The notes below the pieces were generated by a model. The model was not told where the DNA came from, did not search any database, and worked only from the letters and a program-made list of their open reading frames with translations. 64,000 bases of DNA from Dimargaris cristalligena. Taxonomy: Eukaryota. This document shows positions 1-9,800 of this stretch, one piece after another. The stretch lies in the NCBI GenBank assembly GCA_003614675.1, contig ML002218.1:1-64000 (forward strand), given 5' to 3'. Both the position numbers and the translations under genes were made by a program. Position 1 is the stretch's first letter; the number at the start of each line of letters is the position of its first letter.

Positions 1-53
1 AACGGCTGGGATAGCGTGCGGGTCAGAGTGGTGCGAAGACCGAGGAACGACAT
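1..53 (-). CDS. 5' end of a gene running off the left edge; N-terminus looks like a mitochondrial presequence (MSFLGLRTTLTRTLSQP...)
   Basis: ATG at 53 in the context CTACCATG. The 17 readable codons are Arg/Ser/Thr/Leu-rich with no acidic residues. Divergent from the thiolase. Only 17 codons are visible. Confidence 0.5.
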   Translation of the reverse strand, partial: MSFLGLRTTLTRTLSQP

Positions 54-1165
54 GGTAGCTAAATAAAGGAACAAAAATACAACACGGGGGACGAATAGGG
101 AAATGGTAAAGGCACCGATCAATATACGGTAGGTCCACGCTTCTAGATAAGTAAGCTTCGTTTAGTGGGTATGGAGAATGGCAGCTTCATTGGTGTTGGA
201 TTCAAGGCTGTTTCCAAATCAAGTGGGTCTTGCTGCTGCTGCTCGGCTAGACTCACCACCACCCCACCCTTCCCCTTTGGTAGTTGCTGAAGCAGATCCC
301 CTATATTCTACACCATTATCCACCATGGTGCATTTCTCTGATAATAGTGCCCCAAACTCTCTCTGTAGGGTCTGGTCTGGTTAAGTGATTTGTTCCTCCA
401 TTATTATTAACTCCACCAATACCGATCACGTGAACCATACTGATTTATAAGAGGAAGTATTCGAGGTTATGGTATCCCTCAGGGTTAGAGGAGGGGTGCT
501 CTATAACAGGCATACGTACCTCAAAAGATAACAGCACTGCCATGTCCCCTGGGACACCAGGGCTGGTAAAGCCCATGGGAGGCTAAGGAATAGAAGATCT
601 AGGTAAAGCGCCCAAGGCGTAAGCCCAGGATATTAAAATACGGATACATCGAGCATAGATGCGAGACAACGTAGGAGGGTGCCATATCCCAAGTCTTCCT
701 GCAATTCAATGACATTATTTACTATAATATTTCCCGATTGAAAGGCGAATTTCCTACCCACCACCGGGCTTCGGACAATAAAGGGTCGAGCTGGTCACAC
801 GATACTTGTTCGTCGCAGATAGTTGGGCATTGACTGTTAGTTGGCTATTGGCAAGGCGAGGAGGGGAGGAGCTATAAGGAGCACCGGTCCATGTGAAACC
901 GCCGATAGTAGTAAGACACTCCAGTGCAATTAATTAAATGTGGACGTGACTGGGTAATAGTGCCTGGCTGGTAAGTAGGCGGAGGGCCCCTCCTACCCAT
1001 AAGAGATTTTTAGCATGTGCCAATTATTGAAGAGGACGTGCTTAGGAATGCTAGCTAGGCGGTCTCTCTCTCTCGTTAGCTGGGTGGGAATGGCGTGTAT
1101 GCATCTGATATTGCTGAACAAGAGATGAGGATTAGAGCACAGCATGGTTGGGGATAGATAAGAGG

Positions 1166-1173
1166 TATAAATA
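1166..1173 (+). promoter_or_regulatory. TATA-box candidate upstream of thiolase
   Basis: TATAAATA about 240 bp upstream of ATG 1410, followed by a pyrimidine-rich leader. Confidence 0.35.
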
Positions 1174-1409
1174 GTGGCCTTGCGCCAGTGCCTACTAAAA
1201 GGACTACCACCTGCTCTGTATTCTTTTACTTAGACCTGGCTTACACAGCTGCTGTATATACCCCTCCCGAACCCTGAACGCTCAACTGTGTGTGTGACTA
1301 TCCTCCCGTAGACCCCTCCTTTGTATCCCTCTCCCTCCTCTATCTTATACTCTATACTCCACTCCCCCCGCCTCCTTTAAACCTCTCTCCGGCACTCTAT
1401 ACCACCGCC

Positions 1410-2612
1410 ATGACTGCTGCTCGCCAAGTTTACATCGTTGCCGCCAAGCGTACCCCTTTCGGTGCTTTCGGCGGTAAACTCAAGGACCTGACCGCGAATG
1501 AGCTCGGTGGCCTGGCCAGCAAAGCCGCCCTCGCCGGCCTGCCCGCGGGCACTCCGGTCGATTCCGTCATTGTGGGCAATGTCACCCACACCTCTCCTGA
1601 CGCCCCCTACCTCGCTCGCCATGTCGGTCTGCGGGCCGGTCTGCCTATCGAAACCCCCGCCCTCACCGTCAACCGACTGTGCGGCTCCGGGTTCCAGAGC
1701 ATCATCAACGCCGTACAGGAAATCCGCTCCGGGGACGCCTCGGTGGTTCTGACCGGGGGGGCCGAAAACATGAGTCAGGCCCCGTATGCCCTGCGCGGGG
1801 TGCGCTGGGGGACCCGGTACGGCGTGGACCAGAAACTCGAGGATACCTTGGCCGCCTCTTTAGTCGACCGCTACCCCAGCCCCACGCCCATGGGGATCAC
1901 CGCCGAAAAGCTCGGCGCCCAGTACGGTATTACCCGTGCCGACTGCGACGCGTACGCCCTGACCAGTCAGCAACGTTGGGCCGCGGCCCACGAACAGGGC
2001 GTGTTCGATGCGGAAATAGCCCCCGTCACCGTCAACACCCGTAAGCGCGGGGTCACCGAAGCCTTCACCACTGACGAACACCCCCGCCCGCAAACCACGC
2101 TGGAGAGCCTCCAGAAACTGGCCTCCGTGTTCGTCAAGGACACCGGTCTGGTATCTGCCGGGAATGCCTCCGGGATTAGTGACGGAGCCGCTGCCGTGGT
2201 GGTCGCCAGCGCCGAAGCCGTCGAGAAATACGGCCTTAAGCCCCTCGCCCGCATTGTTTCCTACCACTCGGTGGGGGTCGAACCCACCCTCATGGGCATC
2301 GGTCCCGTCCCCGCCATCCGCGCGGCACTGGAAAAGGCCCAGAAGTCCCTGTCCGATATGGACCTGGTCGAAGTCAACGAGGCCTTCGCCGCCCAGTACT
2401 TGGCCGTCGAAAAGGAACTCGGCCTCGACCGGGCCAAGACGAACGTCAATGGCGGTGCCATCGCTTTGGGCCACCCCCTCGGCGCTTCCGGGGCCCGTAT
2501 CATGGCCCATCTGACCCACCGGCTTAACCAAACCGGCAAACAGTTTGCGGTCGGTGCCGCCTGTATCGGGGGTGGTCAGGGTATCAGTATCGTGATTGAG
2601 AACATGGCTTAA
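1410..2612 (+). CDS. ACAA2: 3-ketoacyl-CoA thiolase, mitochondrial ACAA2 type (400 aa, intronless)
   Basis: Start at ACCGCCATG (1410). Thiolase motifs NRLCGSG (catalytic Cys), NEAF, GHPLGASG and ACIGGGQG. The N-terminus VYIVAAKRTPFGAFGG is typical of ACAA2. No obvious PTS2. Confidence 0.93.
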   Translation: MTAARQVYIVAAKRTPFGAFGGKLKDLTANELGGLASKAALAGLPAGTPVDSVIVGNVTHTSPDAPYLARHVGLRAGLPIETPALTVNRLCGSGFQSIINAVQEIRSGDASVVLTGGAENMSQAPYALRGVRWGTRYGVDQKLEDTLAASLVDRYPSPTPMGITAEKLGAQYGITRADCDAYALTSQQRWAAAHEQGVFDAEIAPVTVNTRKRGVTEAFTTDEHPRPQTTLESLQKLASVFVKDTGLVSAGNASGISDGAAAVVVASAEAVEKYGLKPLARIVSYHSVGVEPTLMGIGPVPAIRAALEKAQKSLSDMDLVEVNEAFAAQYLAVEKELGLDRAKTNVNGGAIALGHPLGASGARIMAHLTHRLNQTGKQFAVGAACIGGGQGISIVIENMA

Positions 2613-3218
2613 TCGTGTTGGATTACAGTTAAGCATATAAGAAGGCCCTTTCTATATATATATATATACACTACCCACTGTGTTTACTTCCCCCTTCTTA
2701 ATAAACATATGATTCTCGCCATTCTTCATTCACATTCGCTCAACTTCTACACAGCCCAGCCTTGATAGTCAAAGCTATTGAGGAGTGTGAGACTGGTGTA
2801 TTCCTTTATAAGCACCATCGCCATCCCGGTTTATTGTAATTTCACATTGATTGATTCCACACAGATATAATTATACATAAATAACTTCAAACATGTCCCC
2901 AAAAAACCTATTTAAGTAGACAGTCCAAGGGATCTGTAATTACGCTGGCACTATACTCAGTTTATGTTTAACAGCCACGCATAGACTATATCTATATTAA
3001 AAATGGGGCCGTTTTAAGTAGTGCACAATTGGGGCAAGTTGGCATGGGGTAGTTTTATACACATAGATTGAAAAGATATTTAAGCCTACTTCCCCACCAT
3101 CAGTTCCAATCTAGACTATGTAGTCATAGGTGTTCATAATATCCGAAGTTGCTTGTTAGCATGGCATCCAAGTAGCCTGGTACTGCGAATGCGCCCCCTT
3201 TTAGTCAGGGCTGAGTAC

Positions 3219-3360
3219 TATGGACATCCGATAGGTTTAATCTAATCCTGTAACGTAAAATCCGCTTGAGGTAACATAGTTTTTGTAAAAATAAAGCTAT
3301 CCCTTATTTCACATACATTACATTCAAAGTATTATATAGTTGAGTTAGATGTCACCTAAT
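3219..3360 (-). mobile_element. Degenerate copy of the ~140-bp MITE-like family (older subfamily)
   Basis: Shares CGTAAAATCCGC and TTTCACATACAT(T/C)ACATTCAAA..ATTATAT..TTGAG with the 6216-6354 copy. Both resemble the reverse complement of the 41.4-46.9 kb copies. Confidence 0.5.
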
Positions 3361-3762
3361 TAATGGGGCAGATATAGCATATTTAGAAAGAAAAGTGTCA
3401 CCACCTGTTCCGGATCCCATCGTTTAGAATTGTGTACGATTATATTGAACATCATCTATGTAAACCAGCCGAGTCGTTCTCCCTATTATTATTTTACCAC
3501 CGCCCTGGCTATGTTAATGCTTGAGTTTTTCATGTCTTCGATAAATAATTCGCTTTTAATTAAATTTTATGAGATTCCTTACTTCACCTAAGGTATAGAT
3601 ATAATTTTAAATATATAATATTCGATCACCATAATGGAAGAAAACTGCCGGCAAGACTTGGTGTAAATATAAAGGTAAACACAAGTTAGTAGTTCTACGC
3701 CGGTTTTATCATTTCAAACGCCAAGGCCAATTGTCACCAGAAGGTAGTCGAGAATAATTCGA

Positions 3763-4593
3763 CTATTGGTCAGTTGGCCCCTTGGTGCTTCTAAACAAAT
3801 TTCTAAAACGCTCTCGCTTGGATGGTTCTTGGGGTTGGGGGGCAGTTTCATTGGGAGTCTGGGTAGCTTGACTACTTTCGTCTTGGGGACCAGGCCTGCT
3901 ACGGAACCAGCCCAAAACTCGATCCCTCTTCCTCTCTTTGACGAAAGCTTCTTCATATTTGTTCTCCGCATTCTTACTCGGAGAGCCCCAGCTGGTTTGG
4001 TTGGCCCCCTTTGCACCATCGAATTCGTTGTTCAGACCCGATTGGTTCATAATAGGCGGGGAAAATGGCGGGGGTTTGGCCGCTATAGTATAGGGCGTCG
4101 GATCGGCAGGTCCGAATTGTCCTTTATAGGCGGATAAGTCTTGAGTGGATTTAGCCTTTTCACCAACGCCGATTTGGGAAAGGTGGTTCCACATGCCTTT
4201 ATACTGACTGTCTGTAGATACCTGGCTAGATCCTCCATAAGACCCAGCCTGCCCACCTAAACCACCAGTAGGCCCCTGGCCAGAAAATGACGATATATGG
4301 GGGGGCGCGTATCCGTATCCGTTGGCCGCACTCGGCGGCGAATTCAACGAACCTTGGAGTTGCCCTTGTTGCAGTAAATTCCAGTCCATGGGTCTAAATC
4401 CACCCTGGCTTCCGCCAGCCGAGTACCCGGGTTGGCCGTTTGGGTAGGGGTTGTAACTGTTGAATGTATCAGAGTTGAATTGTGGGCCGTTACTATTCTG
4501 ATTGGTGTTTTCGTCACCGCCCGGATTAGAGGGGGCTGCGTATGTGGACACGACGGCCAGAGCAAGAATGGATAGGGACAGCTGAACCTTCAT
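3763..4593 (-). CDS. Secreted low-complexity orphan protein (276 aa), candidate effector or peptide precursor
   Basis: ATG at 4593. Signal peptide MKVQLSLSILALAVVSTYA|AP. G/S/Q/N/P/Y-rich and Cys-free, with two C-terminal KR-[DE]R-xxxxFRS repeats. Putative 5'UTR intron 4599-4768 (AG|GTAACC...CTAG) and TATAAATA at 4924-4931 (minus strand). Confidence 0.8.
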   Translation of the reverse strand: MKVQLSLSILALAVVSTYAAPSNPGGDENTNQNSNGPQFNSDTFNSYNPYPNGQPGYSAGGSQGGFRPMDWNLLQQGQLQGSLNSPPSAANGYGYAPPHISSFSGQGPTGGLGGQAGSYGGSSQVSTDSQYKGMWNHLSQIGVGEKAKSTQDLSAYKGQFGPADPTPYTIAAKPPPFSPPIMNQSGLNNEFDGAKGANQTSWGSPSKNAENKYEEAFVKERKRDRVLGWFRSRPGPQDESSQATQTPNETAPQPQEPSKRERFRNLFRSTKGPTDQ

Positions 4594-6215
4594 TTTCACT
4601 AGAGTTGGTATCGATGCTTTTTGTTGGGGTTTTTCACTATAAAATGAACACGGTAAGCACTTAATAGGATCGGGGGATTGTGGGGTCGTTATCTAGCGGG
4701 TCAAATAGCCCAACCGGATAATTTTGGTCGGAAAACGATAATATAAGGAGGGTCGGACAATAGGTTACCTGTAAAGAGAGAGAGAGAGAGAGGCTGGGAA
4801 GTCGAGCGAGTGCGAGGGAACGAAACCACTCTAGCAGTATCCAAAACAAGGGGTGGGTAGGGGGAGAGCGACGGGAAGATGAAGCTGTTTGGGATAATGA
4901 TTGACTAGCGGGATACGAGACGGTATTTATAGGCAGCGGAAATTCGGTCATTCATACCTCTAGGAAGTAGATTTGAGGGAACTGCCTAGGGAAATGAAAT
5001 GGGATAGCGCAGCGAAAGGTCCCCCGATGCACATGCCCTTGTGCTAGCGCTTGAGGTGTCGATTGGCAATCCTGTGTATAACACTGGCCTTAGTAGATAC
5101 CTACAAGTTTAATTAATCGAGAGGGGGACTGGGTCATTGATAGATGAGGATTAGGGCGGCGGGTAAACTATTGGTGCTCAGCGAGTCACATTGGCTTGGA
5201 TACCCGAATAAAGAAAAGGGACGAGACGGGGAAGGGTGAAGTAAAGGCACACTGACACTGTGGTAATGAATAGCGGACTATGCCTTATGTTGCACTTATT
5301 GGTAGTACCCTGGCAACGGAAGGTTCTCAGATGTATGGGTCCTTTTCTCTGCCGTCAATTTCCTCCAACTGTCTTGCACCACACTAGCCGAACCAATCGG
5401 CTCAAATTGACCCGTTTCTCAGAGCAAGCGGGTGCGCACCAGAGATACGATCGAAGGGTATTTTACAAGGGGGGTGTAAACGAGGAACTCTTCCCGCAAA
5501 AATAGTCCGTCGCCGTATGAATATATATATATATATATACTATTCGTTGATGCTACTCCGCTTTATTCCACGGAAATCTTCCCTTCTTTCTCCCTGGTAC
5601 CATTTCCACCCCCCCAAAAAAACAAAATGGTGGCACACGTACCAGTCGCAGTCGTGTCGAATTGTCGCACACAGTTTCTTCAAAAAAATTGGAACGACTA
5701 TAAGCCGTCATTGACGAATTGCCTTGGACGGTAGAGGCACCCCTAGCGCCAATGTCGCTGTGCTTTTGTATTCATATTTGGAATACACGGGGATTGGCTA
5801 TCGCATGCGCCTCGTCCTCGGGTTCATCACGCCCGGCATGGGACTATTGCGCTACAAAAATAGCCCACAGCGACTCCAACAATTGCTATTATATTATACA
5901 CGTTGGTCCATTATCGACTTTCCCCTTTTTCAGCCTTGCATTCCTATAATCAATGGCCGCCTCGCGTCCTCTGGAGCCAATCCTACTGGATTACCGAATC
6001 TCTTGTCCTTCCCAAGGGCTACACCAACCCATCTCCTCCCTTTTAAATCTCCCCAGTACCAAAAGACCATCCTCCCTAGGTCAAAAACCAAGGGATTTTC
6101 AATTGTATTAGTCTACCAGGACGAATTAGTCCGCAATTTATTCAACCTGTAAAAGTTATCAACGAATCCTCTTCCCCACCAACTAATGCTGACTACATAG
6201 CTCTTTTATATGACA

Positions 6216-6354
6216 TATGGGAGAAGTGTAATCTTACAGTATAGCGTAAAATCCGCACGTAGCGACTGCTTTGCTGTAGTAAATGTAAAGTTGTTTCTAA
6301 TTTCACATACATCACATTCAAATTATTATATTGTTGAGCTGAATTTTACCCTTG
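6216..6354 (-). mobile_element. Degenerate copy of the ~140-bp MITE-like family
   Basis: Begins TATGGGAGAAGT, the reverse complement of the family's right TIR ACTTCTCCCATA. Ends ...GCTGAATTTTACCC. Internal similarity to 3219-3360. Confidence 0.55.
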
Positions 6355-6880
6355 TATATATTATAAAGATTCACGCGGTGTAGGTTTCATTAGCCGACAG
6401 CCAGAAAAAGGGAAGAGCTACACGAGTATTTAAAGCGAGTGAAATGCTTCGGACACTCGCCTGACAGTTATGCCTGAAAAAGGGATTTTTAATAGGGTGA
6501 CATTTTCTATAGTTAACGATATAACAAAATGATGTTACAATGGTCAAAGTACGGTAGCAGTAATAATAATAATAATAATAGAGATATAATAGAGCAATCA
6601 CTAACCTGCACATTAATCAGTTTGTGGCAGTCGAATTGCACCACAACTTCCAGAAAACAACAGATATACATGACAATAAAAACTAATGCGCGAACGACGT
6701 TAGAAAAATAAAACATCAATGGTGGTAGCAAAATATCAGTGAATAATAAAATCAAAAACTGAGCAAAGAGTATGAGAGGGGAAGGGAAACATAATTTTAC
6801 TATTAAATATACGCTTTTATATATAATGTATGTACGAGTACTAGGTAGGTAGGTAGGTATAAAAAAAAAGAGGAAAGGTA

Positions 6881-9800
6881 TTATGTGGTTGATGTGACAG
6901 GGGGCTCAGGGTTTGTTGGCTCCAGTGTTGACGCCGAAGGTGTAGTGGGTGGTAATGGGGGCTGTACCGCCGGTTCCGAAGCAGCCAAAGTTGAGGCCGG
7001 TGGTGGGGTAGCCGCGACCACCACTTCCGCCGGCTCCTTCGACTGGCGGACCCGTTTATTAGGGGTGTTATTTCCGCTAGTACCAGCATTCGCCTTCGAT
7101 TTAGTAGCTCGTTTCCGAGTTGACGAACCAGCGGATGCACGGCCGCCGCTACCTCCTTTAGCAGGGGTAGACGCCGTAGCTGGTTCGCTAACTTCTGGTT
7201 TAAGCAGGTACGGATCGAACAGGTGGTTCATGGTGGCTACGGTAGAGGGAAGTGGTTTGATCATGCGCGAGGTCAGCAGCGCCTTGCGACTTACTTCAAC
7301 CGGCAGTGGGGCGGTATCGGCAGTGAGATCATGAACCCCATCTCCCTGGGGAGAAGCCCCACCGGTGGTGCCACCATCTTTTCCGGCTTCGTTGGCCGAC
7401 CCCACCGCCGCATCGGACGATCCAGAAGCAGGCGCGGCCTCGGTTTTATACTGACTCACATCGGTAATATCGCCAAGTTCGAAAAATTTGTTCGACGCCG
7501 AATCCGTATCATCCAGCAACAGGGACACGATTTCCTTCGGCTTAAAGTCCACCTGTTGCTTGAAGTCCCCGCCCGAAATAACTACCTTATGGATCTCGTC
7601 TTTCTGGCGGGCCCGCATGAGAATCTTCTCTTCGATGGTACCGCGCGTAAGCAAACGGTACACGGTGACCTGGCGGGTTTGGCCTAGACGATGGGCTCGA
7701 TCCATCGCCTGTTGGTCCACGGTGGGATTCCAGTCACTGTCGTAGAAAATAACCGTGTCAGCCGCCGTTAAATTGATCCCCAGCCCACCCGCTCGGGTAC
7801 TCAGCAGGAAAATGAAAATATCGTCCCGGGTTTGCCAATCGGTGACCATGTCCCGACGTTCCGAAATTTTGGATGAACCGTCGAGGCGCAGGTAAGTGTA
7901 CTGGCGGTAGGTGAGGTACTCCTCCATCAAATCGATCATCTTGGTCATCTGGAAATAGACCAGGACGCGATGGCCTTCGGACTTCAGCTTGGCCAGTAGT
8001 TTGTCGAGCACCGTCATCTTGGCCGAATAACTGATTAGTTTGTCGGCCGCGGGCATCCAAATGTGCGACAGCCCCTGGCGCCGGTAGGGGAGCGTGGCGT
8101 TGGGACGGGGCGACGATTCCCACCGACTGCAAGGTGGCTCAAGAAGGGCCCGGCAAAGGTGCGGTTCGAACCAGGTGTGGGCCTGCCGACGGGTGAATGA
8201 CCAGCTGGAACACACGGCATTGATCGGGGGAGCCACGACCGGCGGCTGGTAGGCCGGGCTGGTCCTGTTCAGGAAGTGGTACGGCAAAGCCGTGGCAACA
8301 ATGGACCGCAGATCCGCGATAGTGGGGGAGGCCAGACCAGGCAAGGGCATCATCAAACGCACCCGCGGGCGATGGAAGGCCAATTCGGGATGGTCGACCA
8401 CGTAGCGGAACCAGTTCTCCCGGGCATGTAGACGGGGTAAGGTTTCAACCCAACGTTCCCACAGGGAGTTATGGAATGCCCGGGTGAGTTCCTGGGGACT
8501 GTGGTCGACATAGGGGGCGAACGCGAAGGCACCGTTGCCTTCTATAGACCCTTGGATGTAATCCGGTTGCCAGATATTAAGTTTGACCGAGCGCAATTTA
8601 GTCAGGATTGCGGCCGAGCTGCCTGGTCCAGCTTCACCCAGCAGGCCACCGTCCGCATAAAGACGCCGGGGAATGTGATACTGGATGAAGTTGCGGCTGA
8701 CGTAGGATAGGGTCAGGAAATCACCCTCACGGGCCACGGAGGGGGTTAGGCTGAAGGTACAGAAGGCGTAGGGCGATTCAACTTCGGCCCGCTCAAATAA
8801 CTCGGGGTGATTACACACTTTACGGAACTGCATGACCAGATTCATGAGACTGTCGCTATCCGATTCGGACGACGACGACGCCTTGGCCAGTAATTCGGCG
8901 GCCGAAATGCGGCTCTTCAGAGCCTGGTACAGGTAGCGCTGCCGGGCGGTCAAGTTACAACGCACCTCGAGTTCGATCTTGTCGCCCAGTTCGTTTTGCA
9001 CGTGCTTCTTAATACGCCGCAACATGAACGGCTTGAGGATGATATGCAACCGGCTAAGCTGATGCTGATTAAGGCTGGTCTTGTTCTCGGCGTGACTCTC
9101 AATATCCTTGGAGAACCACTCGCTAAACTCCTCGTGCGAATCGAATAGGGTTGGCATAATAAAGTGCAGGAGCGCCCAGAGTTCCTGCATACTATTCTGG
9201 ATAGGAGTGCCGGTGAGCAACAGGCGATTACGACAGTGGAACCCCAGTAGAATCTTCCACCGAGTACTGGAGGAACTCTTGATGGCCTGGGCCTCGTCCA
9301 ACACCATATACTGCCACTTGACCCGCTGAAAGTACCGCTCATCGGTCACCACCATTTGATAGCTCGTGATGAGTACGTTGAAGGGCGGGTCACTCGAGTA
9401 GAGGGTGTTCTTATTCCACAGCTTGCGGAGAGTTTTGCGGTCCTTGACGTTACCCCAGTAGGGAAGGATTTTGAAGGCGGGCACAAACCGGGAGATTTCC
9501 TGTTGCCAGTTGTGCAGCGTGGAGGCTGGTGCTACCACCAGAAACGGACCCTGGATGTGATGCACTTCGGCCAAATAGGCGAGGAGAGAAATCGACTGGA
9601 CCGTCTTACCCAAACCCATCTCGTCGGCCAGAATACCGTTGATACCCTGGTCGTAGAGATTAGCTAGCCAGTTAAGGCCCTTCAGCTGGTACTCTTTAAG
9701 TTGGCACATGAGTAGTTTCGGTTGTTTGATTTCATTTTGGCCCAACATGCTCGATGGGTTCATAAAGTTCATCTCGTCCAAGAGGTCCTGGGAGACGGCC

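Noticed and set aside
1377..2636. Long antisense and alternate-frame ORFs over the thiolase (also over INO80, citrate synthase, PDE, TOS4, CHD and the basic protein, e.g. 38882-39748 +)
   Set aside because: Shadows of GC-rich, codon-biased sense genes. They show no independent motifs and most start at non-ATG codons.
5683..5700. AAAATTGGAACGA, matching part of U6 snRNA
   Set aside because: The match stops after about 13 nt; the ACAGAGA box and downstream U6 sequence are absent.
5260..6152. Cluster of short + strand ORFs (81, 65, 76, 142 aa)
   Set aside because: No recognisable domain, mostly non-ATG starts, and no consistent splice model. It could be a decayed gene, but I cannot support that.
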